A stretch of DNA of 64,000 nt from Patescibacteria group bacterium (GCA_041665145.1 JBAYJK010000003.1:69177-133176), one strand, 5' to 3'. Counted from the first letter of the stretch, positions 38,645-47,461 are shown. Notes: generated by a model not told the origin, from the letters alone. Numbers and translations: made by a program.

Positions 38645-38953
38645 ATGAATATGAGTTCATATAGTTGCTGTTCGTCATCCACACCTCAATCGAAACAAGT
38701 AGCTTCCCTAACCGGTCTTTTGAAAATGGTTTCCGAAGAAAGCCGCTTGAAACTGATGTGTATTCTCCGTCAAAGAGAACATTGTGTGTGTGAAATCATG
38801 AAACATGTAGATTTGTCTCAGAGTTTGATTTCCCATCACCTCAAAGACCTCAAAGATGCGGGCATAGTATCCGCTGAAAAGAAAGGTCTTCGCGTATATT
38901 ACGCGTTGACAGAAAAAGGTAAACACATTATTAATTCACTATTCAAACTATGA
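38645..38953 (+). CDS. ArsR/SmtB-family metalloregulator
   Basis: RLKLMCIL...EHCVCEI and LSHHLKDLKDAGIV. Confidence 0.9.
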   Translation: MNMSSYSCCSSSTPQSKQVASLTGLLKMVSEESRLKLMCILRQREHCVCEIMKHVDLSQSLISHHLKDLKDAGIVSAEKKGLRVYYALTEKGKHIINSLFKL

Positions 38954-39195
38954 AAATTCAAGTACTTGGAAGCGGTTGTCCTACATGTAAGAAGTTATAT
39001 GAAATTACCCAAAAAGCAGTTACAGAGATCGGGCTGAATGAAAAGGTTGAGTATATAAGCGGAGCTGAAGGAACACGGGCTTTGATTGAAATTGGCTCTA
39101 TGAGTAGCCCAGTTTTGGCGATTGATGGGAAAATAGCAATGACCGGATTCACTCCCGATATCAACAAAATAAAAAGTTTAATAACAGCAAAGTAA
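38950..39195 (+). CDS. thioredoxin-fold redox-active disulfide protein 2 (MTH895/TM0996-like)
   Basis: MKIQVLGSGCPTCKKLYE. Confidence 0.8.
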   Translation: MKIQVLGSGCPTCKKLYEITQKAVTEIGLNEKVEYISGAEGTRALIEIGSMSSPVLAIDGKIAMTGFTPDINKIKSLITAK

Positions 39196-39200
39196 GTACT

Positions 39201-40181
39201 ATGGATGTATTCAAGCCGATTCAGCTATTTGCAGATCTTATTACGTATCAGTGGCTACGGATTACTCCCCTTTCCTATTTGGGAAACGGAGTAAATTTCT
39301 TTGTGTATGATGTCATGAAAATCGGATTGTTACTTATCGTAATCAATTACATGATGGCAATTACGCGTTACTACTTCCCCATGGAAAGAGTACGGGATAT
39401 TTTGACCAAAAGAAGGTGGTTCGGCCTCGATTATCTCTTCGCCGCTCTTCTTGGTGTAGTAACACCGTTCTGTTCCTGCTCTTCTATTCCCTTATTTATC
39501 GGTTTTGTCGGAGCGGGTATTCCGTTGGGTGTTACGTCCGCCTTTCTGATCGCCTCACCGCTGGTGAATGAGTCATCGCTATATCTGTTTCCCGCCATGT
39601 TTGGTTGGAAAGTAACCATAATTTATAACATTCTTGGTATGGCAGTAGCCATACTGGGAGGTATGATTATTCAAAAACTTGGTTTGGAAAAGTACATCAA
39701 ACAAGACCTTTTGAAGTTTAAATCGCGACGTCAGGTTGAAACGGAAAATGGAGGCAATTCCTTGTCTGTAAAAGAGCAATTGAAATATTTTTGGACTGAC
39801 GGTATGAATATTACGAAAACGGTTTTCCCATATGTGGTTCTGGGAGTTGGTGCTGGCGCACTTATTCACGGTTTTGTACCGGCGTCATTTGTCGAAAAAT
39901 ATTTGTCGAGTAAGGCATGGTGGGCAGTTCCGGTTGCAACATTGTTGGGCGCTCCACTTTACGCTAACTCTGTGAGTGTGATTCCCGTTATGGAGGCAAT
40001 GGTCGGCAAGGGTGTTCCGTTGGGAACCGCTCTTTCATTTATGACTGCTATTGTTACCGTCTCTATTCCCGAATCCATGATTTTGAGAAAAGTAATGAAA
40101 TGGCAACTCTTGGCTCTGTTTTTTGGCATCACAATAGCCGGCATCATGCTCATGGGCTACATATTTAATGCAATTTTATAA
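39201..40181 (+). CDS. COG0701-type permease (ArsP-like)
   Basis: Polytopic, with TPFCSCSSIPLF, in the common ArsR/thioredoxin-like/permease arrangement. Confidence 0.75.
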   Translation: MDVFKPIQLFADLITYQWLRITPLSYLGNGVNFFVYDVMKIGLLLIVINYMMAITRYYFPMERVRDILTKRRWFGLDYLFAALLGVVTPFCSCSSIPLFIGFVGAGIPLGVTSAFLIASPLVNESSLYLFPAMFGWKVTIIYNILGMAVAILGGMIIQKLGLEKYIKQDLLKFKSRRQVETENGGNSLSVKEQLKYFWTDGMNITKTVFPYVVLGVGAGALIHGFVPASFVEKYLSSKAWWAVPVATLLGAPLYANSVSVIPVMEAMVGKGVPLGTALSFMTAIVTVSIPESMILRKVMKWQLLALFFGITIAGIMLMGYIFNAIL

Positions 40182-40182
40182 A

Positions 40183-40674
40183 CTAAGATGTGCCCTTCAA
40201 TTTGCCTTCCGTCGTTTCTATTTGCTCAGATAGGGATTTAGAATCAGTAAATAGCAGCGTTGACATCCCTACAGATTGAGCGGCCTTAATATTTTCCTCC
40301 TGGTCATCTATAAACAAAATTTCGTGTGGTCTTTTTCCTAATTTTGTTGCTACAGTATGGTAGGCTTGCGGATCTCTTTTAGCTATATTTAATTCTTCAG
40401 CTGAAAGTATGGTATCGAAAATACCGCTTAGTTCTTTTTGTACCTCAGGCGCATTTTGAATACTTCCGGAAGTAAACATATTCACAGAGAATTTACTTTT
40501 CAATGAATGATACAGTGATAATATTTCTTTATCTAATCTGTAATAGTCCCAGAAATTAAACGGTTTGCCGCTTGATAGTAAATCTTTATACAATCCGTTT
40601 AACGTTCCGCTATAGTGCGGGTCTTTAGGAAAGAGAATTACAAACGAAAAGTCGGAAAGGATAGTAGTGACCAT
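40183..40674 (-). CDS. HAD-superfamily hydrolase
   Basis: The C-terminal ILFIDDQEENIKAAQSVGM is a HAD motif IV context. N-terminal motif I is degenerate (SDFSFVI). Confidence 0.6.
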   Translation of the reverse strand: MVTTILSDFSFVILFPKDPHYSGTLNGLYKDLLSSGKPFNFWDYYRLDKEILSLYHSLKSKFSVNMFTSGSIQNAPEVQKELSGIFDTILSAEELNIAKRDPQAYHTVATKLGKRPHEILFIDDQEENIKAAQSVGMSTLLFTDSKSLSEQIETTEGKLKGTS

Positions 40675-40694
40675 ACGGTGATTATATCACTAGT

Positions 40695-41177
40695 TTATAA
40701 TTGCTTCCTATACCATACGACTTCAAAAGAGTTGCCTCCGCCCTCAGTGTAATATTCTTTTTCTTTCTCCATTTTCACGTATCCATTTTTCTCGTAAAAA
40801 CTTTGTGCCATTTTTTGCTGTGTAGATGTTTTAAGTTGTATTTCGCTAAACTTGCTTTTTCTTGCCGCTTCCTCCAGTTTCTGAATTATCTGTTGTGCGT
40901 AACCTTTTCTTCTATGATCTGGATGAACCCTCATCCTCCGTATTTGCGCTATGTTATGAAGCATTTTTCTATACCCTCCCATAGCCACAATCTTATTATC
41001 AACTAAACCTACTAGGAATTCTCCGCCATTAAAATAATGTCCTTCCATATCGTTAAAATCTGCTTCCCAGGGTCCACTCCTATAGCCGATTTCAGAATGA
41101 ATAGAACTAAGTTTATAAAGATTCCTTACGTTCTCATTGTCTGTATGTCGGTATCTTCTAATAATTAAGCTAGGCAT
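40695..41177 (-). CDS. GNAT N-acetyltransferase
   Basis: HPDHRRKGYAQQIIQKLEEAA. Confidence 0.85.
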   Translation of the reverse strand: MPSLIIRRYRHTDNENVRNLYKLSSIHSEIGYRSGPWEADFNDMEGHYFNGGEFLVGLVDNKIVAMGGYRKMLHNIAQIRRMRVHPDHRRKGYAQQIIQKLEEAARKSKFSEIQLKTSTQQKMAQSFYEKNGYVKMEKEKEYYTEGGGNSFEVVWYRKQL

Positions 41178-41251
41178 ACCTGAAGTATACCAAGTGCAAA
41201 AGAGAACTACCCAGGAAGTTGGGAAATTCTACTTGGTGCTATAATCACTGA

Positions 41252-42127
41252 ATGGAATTGCCTAAAGTGATCAAAAACGTTGGTTTTGAGTTTAGTTGGA
41301 GCGAACCCAAGGTTTGGGCTCTGAATATTTCTACGGAGAAAATGGCCATTAACGAGCTTGTCTGGCATCTTGAAGTTCCATTTTGGTCTTCTGGTAAGGA
41401 GTCCTACAACCTAACTCCCAAGGAAGTGCTTCAAAACCCGAAGTTACATGATGCCGAATTTAAAAGAATATCTGACTCAAATACTTCATATCCTCTGGAT
41501 ATTATGTTTTGGAAGAATAGATGGTTATTGCTTGATGGACTACATCGTTTGGCTAAGCTGTTTAATGAAAACAAAACTGAAGTAAATGTCAGGATTGTCC
41601 CTCATAATAAAATCCCCGAGATTTTAACGAGTCCCGGACAAGCCAACCAGTCTTGGATAAATCCGAAGGCAAAAATACGGGAGTCCCCTATTGCAGGAAA
41701 GGGCTTGTTTGCAAAAGAAGATTTCATGGTTGGTGAGGTGGTAGTCGTGTGGAGCGGTCTTTATACCAATGCTACTGAGGCAGAGAAAGCACGAAAAGCA
41801 GGAAAATTAGTTACGCAATGGGATGAAGATTTATACAGTGTTGAGGATCGGGGCGATGATAGTGGTTACTTTGTGAACCACTCGTGCGATTCCCATTTAT
41901 GGATGGAAGACGCATATACGCTTATTACCAGAAAACCTATTATGGCTGGCGAGGAAATAACAGCTGATTATGCGCTATGGGAAGCTGAAGATTATGTTTC
42001 AACGTGGAAATGCAAATGCGGTTTGCCAGATTGCAGAAAGACAATTACAGGAAAAGATTGGTTGCTCAAGTCTGTTCACAGTAGGTACCTGCACCACTTC
42101 TCTCCACTGATTAATAAAAGAATATAA
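41252..42127 (+). CDS. ParB/Srx-like N-terminal domain fused to a SET-domain methyltransferase
   Basis: The N-terminal LLLDGLHRLAKL is a DGxHR-type ParB-like motif. The C-terminus has GKGLFA, FVNHSCDSHLW, ITADY and a post-SET Cys cluster CKCGLPDC. Confidence 0.7.
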   Translation: MELPKVIKNVGFEFSWSEPKVWALNISTEKMAINELVWHLEVPFWSSGKESYNLTPKEVLQNPKLHDAEFKRISDSNTSYPLDIMFWKNRWLLLDGLHRLAKLFNENKTEVNVRIVPHNKIPEILTSPGQANQSWINPKAKIRESPIAGKGLFAKEDFMVGEVVVVWSGLYTNATEAEKARKAGKLVTQWDEDLYSVEDRGDDSGYFVNHSCDSHLWMEDAYTLITRKPIMAGEEITADYALWEAEDYVSTWKCKCGLPDCRKTITGKDWLLKSVHSRYLHHFSPLINKRI

Positions 42128-42139
42128 CGTCGGTCACTG

Positions 42140-42616
42140 TCACTTTAAGAATTTCCTCATTTCATGTTCGAACACCCTGCAAAACTCTTCCTCATATTTA
42201 TTCAGATGAATTAACATAATTTTACTTGAAAATTGTGATGCAAGGGCAGCTTTGTCAACCGTTGTCGTGTCCGTTATCCATGGCATTTTGGTAACATATC
42301 GACTTGCAGGGATAATATAAGCAATTTCCGAGTACCCTGCCTGAGAGCAGGCGCTCATACACATAAGACAAGGCTCGACAACCGTAACCATTGCAAGTCC
42401 TGGTGTGTAGTTGCTACCCTTCAATTGACCAACCTTTGTTACGAGCATTCTTTCGGAGTGAGCAGACGCATCATGATTAGTAACAACCAGGCTCTCCGCA
42501 GAATCAATCAAAACTCCGTTTTCTAACACTAAACCAGAATTTGCGAGGTTACCTTTTTGAGCAGAGTTCTCCATTAACTCTTTAAGTAGCTCTATTTGGT
42601 CTGAAGTTAACTCCAT
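42140..42616 (-). CDS. cytidine/deoxycytidylate-type zinc deaminase
   Basis: H(S)E...PCLMCMSAC (the HxE / PCxxC deaminase signature). Confidence 0.75.
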   Translation of the reverse strand: MELTSDQIELLKELMENSAQKGNLANSGLVLENGVLIDSAESLVVTNHDASAHSERMLVTKVGQLKGSNYTPGLAMVTVVEPCLMCMSACSQAGYSEIAYIIPASRYVTKMPWITDTTTVDKAALASQFSSKIMLIHLNKYEEEFCRVFEHEMRKFLK

Positions 42617-42655
42617 ACTGAAATTATATCACTAGTCCGAATCCAGGTTGGTGGA
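42617..42655 (-). repeat. Family-2 repeat with promoter cassette, copy D
   Basis: The minus strand reads ccaccaaCCtGGATTCGGACTAGTGATATAATttcagtATG (deaminase start). Confidence 0.8.
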
Positions 42656-42668
42656 ACCTCATATAAAG

Positions 42669-43343
42669 CTATATGGTTTCAGAAGCTAAGAAGTTCTCTA
42701 TTTCTTTCATTACCATATCACAATCTTTTTGTGAAAATCTAAAATTATGCTCCATATTTTCTCCCCTAACCACGAAAGGATTATTCGCACTTGCAACAAT
42801 TTTTTCTGTTTCTTCCTGCGAAATCTGTTTATCTGCCAATGCAATTAAGATCATAATCGGCTTATGCAATTCTTTAACTTCTTTTAAAGCAGAATACTGA
42901 AGTCCGTCCTCTACAAAAGTATAGGGTATTTCAAAATCTCTTATTTCTTGGGTATTTTCAGGTAAATCGCGTTTGGAATGTTTTGGAGCTTTCCCATTCC
43001 ATTTCTTTGCTAAATTCGAGATATCAACCGGAGAGCACAGCGAAACTACTTTTGTTACAGATGCAATTCTATTTCCTGCAATAATTGAAACGAGTCCTCC
43101 CAAGCTATGACCGATGAGTATTACTTCATTTGGTTGCGGAGGCTGATAAAATAAGACTCTCTCCTCAACTTGTTTAAGATAGTTGGTCGTAGAGTAATCC
43201 TTTGTGTTTCCTGTAGCCCAAAGGTTGCACGGATCAATTCTTTCCACAGTGTATCCAAGTTCAATAAGTCTTTTTTCAAACGTTTTGAAGTGAAGATAAT
43301 CTGGCGAGTCCAAGAAGCCAGGAAGCAATAAAGCAAGTTTCAT
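42669..43343 (-). CDS. alpha/beta hydrolase
   Basis: LLPGFLDS and nucleophile elbow GHSLGG. Confidence 0.75.
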   Translation of the reverse strand: MKLALLLPGFLDSPDYLHFKTFEKRLIELGYTVERIDPCNLWATGNTKDYSTTNYLKQVEERVLFYQPPQPNEVILIGHSLGGLVSIIAGNRIASVTKVVSLCSPVDISNLAKKWNGKAPKHSKRDLPENTQEIRDFEIPYTFVEDGLQYSALKEVKELHKPIMILIALADKQISQEETEKIVASANNPFVVRGENMEHNFRFSQKDCDMVMKEIENFLASETI

Positions 43344-43369
43344 ATCTGAAAATTATATCACGAAGAATA

Positions 43370-43421
43370 GTGCTGTGGAAGTAACGGACGTGGACCAGGA
43401 GGGCCTTATAGTGGTGTCTCA
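43370..43421 (+). repeat. Family-1 junction repeat, copy E
   Basis: GTGCTGtGGaAGTAACGGAcGTGGACCaGgAgGGCCTTATAgtGGTGTCTCA. Confidence 0.85.
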
Positions 43422-43439
43422 TATTTTAAGCTCAATTGA

Positions 43440-44417
43440 TTACTTCGTACGAAGTAGCATCAATATTAGTCCAATTGTTCTATCTCTATCTTTAGGAGTA
43501 CTTTCGGAGACAAGTATTGTTAACGCTGTTAGGGCTTCTGGAGTCAATTTTTGAGTATTTAATATATTGGTCTTTTTTAGAAACCAAACAAATACAAAAG
43601 CACCGCTTCTTTTATTTCCGTCCACAAATGGGTGACCTTTAACAATAAGATATAGAAGATTAGCTGCTTTTTCCTCTGCTGTAGGGTACAACTCTTTTCC
43701 ATTGAATGTTTGAAACACAGTTCTAACAATCCCAGTTAGTCTTCCTTCTTCTTTCTCGCGACCGAAAAGGAGACCTGCTTCTTTATCTCCAATTAACTCT
43801 TCCTTTAGATTTACAATTAACTTACTGACTTGGCTGGCTGTAAGCTCAAAAACACTTTTAATCTTACCGGATTTAGGAAGAGAGTCTTTATCGTAGGTAT
43901 CAAGAGAAAGCCATGTTGATGCAAAAGTTTTTATTAACTCAAGTGTGTTTTGTGTAGAAATCTGACTCTCTGGCAGTAACTCCTGCACTTCGTTAAGCAC
44001 CTTAAGGAAAGTGTTATAATTTTTTTCTAAAATTCTTCTGTTGAGAGTGTAACCCTTTATAATATGTTGCTTGAGTGTCTTTGTTGCCCATTGACGGAAT
44101 CTTGTAGCATTTATTGAGTTTACTCGATAACCAATAGAAAGAACAAGGTCCAAGTTATAATACTCAACTTTCCTCAAGATTTTTCTTGTTCCTTCAGTCT
44201 GAACTGTTTCCAAAACGGAAACAGTTGACTCTCTCTCAAGCTCACGAGTTGTAAAAATATTCTTAACATGTTTTGAGATAGCTCCTTTTTGTACGTTAAA
44301 AAGTTGAGCTACTTGCATCTGAGTAAGCAAAATCGTTTCATTAACAGCATCAAGCTGTACCTCTACTGCGCCGTTTTGAGCCTGATAGACCATAATTTGT
44401 TTACTTTCTTTTTCCAT
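43440..44417 (-). CDS. RhuM-like N-terminal domain fused to a Fic/Doc domain
   Basis: YYNLDLVLSIGYRVNS..RFRQWAT (RhuM pattern) and the C-terminal Fic/Doc motif GHPFVDGNKRSGAF. Confidence 0.8.
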   Translation of the reverse strand: MEKESKQIMVYQAQNGAVEVQLDAVNETILLTQMQVAQLFNVQKGAISKHVKNIFTTRELERESTVSVLETVQTEGTRKILRKVEYYNLDLVLSIGYRVNSINATRFRQWATKTLKQHIIKGYTLNRRILEKNYNTFLKVLNEVQELLPESQISTQNTLELIKTFASTWLSLDTYDKDSLPKSGKIKSVFELTASQVSKLIVNLKEELIGDKEAGLLFGREKEEGRLTGIVRTVFQTFNGKELYPTAEEKAANLLYLIVKGHPFVDGNKRSGAFVFVWFLKKTNILNTQKLTPEALTALTILVSESTPKDRDRTIGLILMLLRTK

Positions 44418-44502
44418 GTTTCAAAGTATAACAAAAAAGTGCTCAATCTAGATTAAGCAGTGTAGTTACAGGGATATAATCTGAGCTTACTTCTGAGTTT
44501 GT

Positions 44503-44545
44503 TGTGAGTAACGGATGCGAACCCGGAAGTTCTTATAGTGTTATA
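44503..44545 (+). repeat. Family-1 junction repeat, copy F (most diverged)
   Basis: tgtGAGTAACGGATGcGaACCcGgAaGttCTTATAGtGttata. Confidence 0.7.
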
Positions 44546-44607
44546 GATACAAGCATAACTAAGTAGATTTTTTAAATCCCCGATGAAGTCTTTAGTATAA
44601 TGTGACT

Positions 44608-45258
44608 ATGAAATTGCTATTAACTTCAGCAGGATTAACAAATCCATCAATTAGCCACGCAGCAGAAGAGCTGTTAGGCCAACCGGCTGAAGGAGTAAAG
44701 CTTGCTTTTATCCCGACTGCCGCCAACGTTGAGCCCGGTGACAAAAGTTGGATGATTCAAGACCTGAATAATTTTCAAAACGCAGGTTTTGAAGTAGATA
44801 TTGTTGATATCTCAGCGGTTTCAAAGGATACATGGTTGCCAAGACTGCTGGAATCTAAAATCTTGTTTTTGGGAGGTGGAAATACATTTCATCTGATGCA
44901 CTGGGTTCAAAAGTCAGGTTTACAGGAAGAACTTCCCTCTTTACTGAAAACGAGAGTATATGCCGGTATTAGTGCCGGAAGTTGCATTACGGGGCCTACC
45001 GTTTACAATTCAGTGCAAAACCTATTTGGTGAGAAATATGATCTTCAAATAAAAGCTGGTTTGGGTTTGGTTGGATTCCAATTTATTCCCCATCTGAACT
45101 CGGCATATTTTGACAAGATTCGGGAAGTAAACTTGCGAGAGGCATCTAAGAATCTTAAAGAGCCAGTATATGCTTTAGATGATAACTCTGCACTCAAGAT
45201 TACCGATGATAAGGTGGAAATAATTAGTGAGGGAGAGTATTTGTTATTCAATGCCTGA
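44608..45258 (+). CDS. S51 peptidase (dipeptidase E-like)
   Basis: FIPTAA, GGGNTFHL, GISAGS. The ATG at 44608 is preferred over the GTG at 44602 because TATAAT 44596-44601 lies 6 nt upstream. Confidence 0.75.
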   Translation: MKLLLTSAGLTNPSISHAAEELLGQPAEGVKLAFIPTAANVEPGDKSWMIQDLNNFQNAGFEVDIVDISAVSKDTWLPRLLESKILFLGGGNTFHLMHWVQKSGLQEELPSLLKTRVYAGISAGSCITGPTVYNSVQNLFGEKYDLQIKAGLGLVGFQFIPHLNSAYFDKIREVNLREASKNLKEPVYALDDNSALKITDDKVEIISEGEYLLFNA

Positions 45259-45275
45259 GTCAGTTGCAGTTTGAA

Positions 45276-45328
45276 ATTGTTGTGTCGTTATAACTCTTTC
45301 TACAAGACCAGTGCTGGGTTTTGCTGAT
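45276..45328 (+). repeat. Family-4 repeat, copy G
   Basis: GTCGTTATAActctttcTACAaGACcAGTGCTGGGTTTTGcTGAT. Confidence 0.8.
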
Positions 45329-45330
45329 AA

Positions 45331-45351
45331 AGTTGGAAAATTTTACCAACT
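45331..45351. terminator. hairpin AGTTGG-aaaatttta-CCAACT between convergent genes
   Basis: A 6-bp stem with an A/T loop, abutting the stop of the 45353 gene. Confidence 0.45.
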
Positions 45352-45352
45352 A

Positions 45353-46117
45353 TTATACTAAGCAAGTTCCGATCAACTCTACTATCCTGACAATATTTTT
45401 ATCTATGTCACCATCTCTCATAAAGGCGTGTGGAATTTGCTCATCTTCGATGTATGAACCTTTATTTTTGTCTGGAGTAAAATCAAAAAAAGATTTAACC
45501 ATTAACGTACTCAACCTCGGAAAATAACCAAATTTATCTGAACCCCTGTCAGCAACTGGTAGATACCCGTTCGGTCCATGGTTTCTCAGAAAAGAGTGAA
45601 TCACATCAATTATTACTGAAGAAGAAATTTTTGCTAACTTTTGGCTTATAGTCTCCTTGTTTGGATTATAACTTTCAAATCCGCTCCATGTTTTGGGATT
45701 TAAGCTTTGAGCTTCAGTAATATAATAATCTGCAGGATCTATAAAAACCACTTTCGAGATAAAAGGATCAAATTGTTTATCTAACAGCGCCTCAGTTGTG
45801 CTATACGCACCCATGCTTGTACATAAAATAGCTATTGATGAAAACTTAAGCATAGATTTAGAATACTGCAATATCTCTAGGAGATCCGAAGTTTGTTGGT
45901 TTAGTGTCGGTTGTTTGTTTTCTTCGACGCCGCTGAAGGAAAAAGTGACAACTGGTCTGTTTGTTCGTTTTTGCAGTTCAAGTACTAAAGCGTTAAAAGT
46001 ATTTCTCGTATCTCCACTTCCTCCGACGAATATAACTGCCTCGTTGCTACCACTTAATGGGAAGTAGTTCAGCGAAATAGGTCGCCCTGTAATTCTAGAA
46101 AGTGTCAGTTCTTGCAT
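45353..46117 (-). CDS. alpha/beta-hydrolase-fold protein
   Basis: VIFVGGSGD, elbow-like CTSMGA, and C-terminal PHAF. Confidence 0.55.
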   Translation of the reverse strand: MQELTLSRITGRPISLNYFPLSGSNEAVIFVGGSGDTRNTFNALVLELQKRTNRPVVTFSFSGVEENKQPTLNQQTSDLLEILQYSKSMLKFSSIAILCTSMGAYSTTEALLDKQFDPFISKVVFIDPADYYITEAQSLNPKTWSGFESYNPNKETISQKLAKISSSVIIDVIHSFLRNHGPNGYLPVADRGSDKFGYFPRLSTLMVKSFFDFTPDKNKGSYIEDEQIPHAFMRDGDIDKNIVRIVELIGTCLV

Positions 46118-46181
46118 AGCTAAATTATACTAAAGTCCGAATCCTAGTTGGGTACTGTTGTTACAGGGATATACTGTAAGG
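46118..46181 (-). repeat. Family-2/3 repeat with promoter, copy H
   Basis: The plus strand reads AGTCCGAATCCtaGTTGggtactgTTGTTACAgGGaTAtactGTAAG preceded by the -10 box of the 46117 gene. Confidence 0.8.
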
Positions 46182-46212
46182 CTAAATTTCTTGACAGGGA
46201 TTAGTTGAAAAT

Positions 46213-46282
46213 GGTAGCTAGTCTCGTGTTCAAGTACTGCACAAAACAGTTCTTTTCCTACTTGCTCTCCCCATAAGCTACC
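46213..46282 (-). terminator. 70-nt nested-helix element directly after the stop of the 46289 gene
   Basis: Outer 7-bp stem GGTAGCT/AGCTACC and inner 6-bp stem CAAGTA/TACTTG. On the minus strand it is followed by ATTTT. Confidence 0.4.
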
Positions 46283-46288
46283 GAAATA

Positions 46289-46930
46289 CTATTTAAGATA
46301 TCCTATTTTGTAAGCAAATATTGTTCCTAATACACCTAACGCAGCACTTACTGTAGCTGTTACTAAATTAACGATAATCTGGTCTCCATTTCTCTTAAGA
46401 AAACCCTTCACGTCGTGCCTTTTTGACAAAACTATTTCACTGTGTTTAAACAATCTAATATAAAACACCCAAACCGTCCAGGCTAAGAACAGACAATAGA
46501 AATATAAAACAATCTGAGATATTACTCCATGTAATAATAGCCTGAAGACGAAAAAGCCAATATATCCGACCCATAAAGTGTAATCAGAGTATAGAAAACT
46601 TGGCTTTCGAGTGGTTGTCAAAATTATTCTGTCTAATTTGTAGAACAATCCTGCCCCAAGGTTATTATTTGATCCTACGTATAATCTGGTCCATAATTTA
46701 TGCAGCTCTAAAGTCACGTACGGAGAACTTGAAGAAATTTTAAGATCAGTAATTGACTCATTTTCGTACTTCTTACATAGCTCTTTTACATTTGAGAATT
46801 CCAAACTCTTAGACACAATCTTATATCCGCTTTTTTCGACCAACAATAATTCCTCTATGGCCTCAAGTTGATCTACAAAGACTCTTATTGGTGAATATTT
46901 TCTTAGAAGTGGCTCATTAATTCTTTTCAT
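46289..46930 (-). CDS. hypothetical membrane protein (soluble N-domain + 3-4 TM)
   Basis: 213 aa. It overlaps the upstream gene by ATGA (46927-46930). Confidence 0.6.
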   Translation of the reverse strand: MKRINEPLLRKYSPIRVFVDQLEAIEELLLVEKSGYKIVSKSLEFSNVKELCKKYENESITDLKISSSSPYVTLELHKLWTRLYVGSNNNLGAGLFYKLDRIILTTTRKPSFLYSDYTLWVGYIGFFVFRLLLHGVISQIVLYFYCLFLAWTVWVFYIRLFKHSEIVLSKRHDVKGFLKRNGDQIIVNLVTATVSAALGVLGTIFAYKIGYLK

Positions 46931-47460
46931 TTTTCTTGGCTTACTTTCGTGCCATCAGAAAAAATTGCCTCTAACTTAGTAAAAACATCTGTTGGGTGCT
47001 GATCTTTTTGATCAAAAGAAAGCCTTTTTATTTCTGGTTCAACAAAAATTTGCGTTTTCTCTTTTTTCCCTTTTTCACCAGCATAGACGACAAGACGCAA
47101 ACCAGTTTTTGATTCCATGAGTCTTGAAACAACAAAAAACCTATTGTCTTTCGAAGATACTTTGCTTTCAGCAATAGGAGTTGCTTCGTTATCAATATTA
47201 ATAAAATGCATTGTTTTATAGGTCCTAGAGTTTATCTCCTTTAAGATAAATTGTTTCTCATAGTATACAAATCTAGGAATGGAATATATTTTATTACATT
47301 TCTCACATTGCAACTTCTTACTTGTATATTCGTTATCCGTATAATCGTCTAAATGTAGGTCTAATTCAATATAGTCCCTTGGACACAAGGGAACAGCTCT
47401 CGCGGGGCGCTGCCCTATGATCCACCTTACCCCATCGACAATAAAACCTACTTTTAACAT
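46927..47460 (-). CDS. hypothetical protein with a Zn-ribbon-like CPxx...CxxC
   Basis: 177 aa with LCPRDY...CEKCNK. It is translationally coupled to 46289-46930. Confidence 0.6.
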   Translation of the reverse strand: MLKVGFIVDGVRWIIGQRPARAVPLCPRDYIELDLHLDDYTDNEYTSKKLQCEKCNKIYSIPRFVYYEKQFILKEINSRTYKTMHFINIDNEATPIAESKVSSKDNRFFVVSRLMESKTGLRLVVYAGEKGKKEKTQIFVEPEIKRLSFDQKDQHPTDVFTKLEAIFSDGTKVSQEK

Positions 47461-47461
47461 T

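Noticed and set aside
41189-41237. The 7-bp inverted repeat ACCAAGT/ACTTGGT in the GNAT/SET divergent promoter region as a regulator-binding site
   Set aside because: It is too short and occurs only once, and there is no adjacent regulator gene. I mention it only inside the SET finding.
42634-46160. Family-2 repeats (GTCCGAATCC...) as additional tRNA genes or pseudogenes
   Set aside because: Only about 11-14 nt match the tRNA-Gln T-loop region. There is no 5' T-stem partner, no acceptor pairing and no upstream tRNA body, because the upstream sequence is a promoter.
46213-46282. A tRNA or tRNA-like gene (70 nt with a 7-bp terminal stem)
   Set aside because: No D, anticodon or T arms can be drawn on either strand, and the internal pairing is a nested hairpin rather than a cloverleaf.
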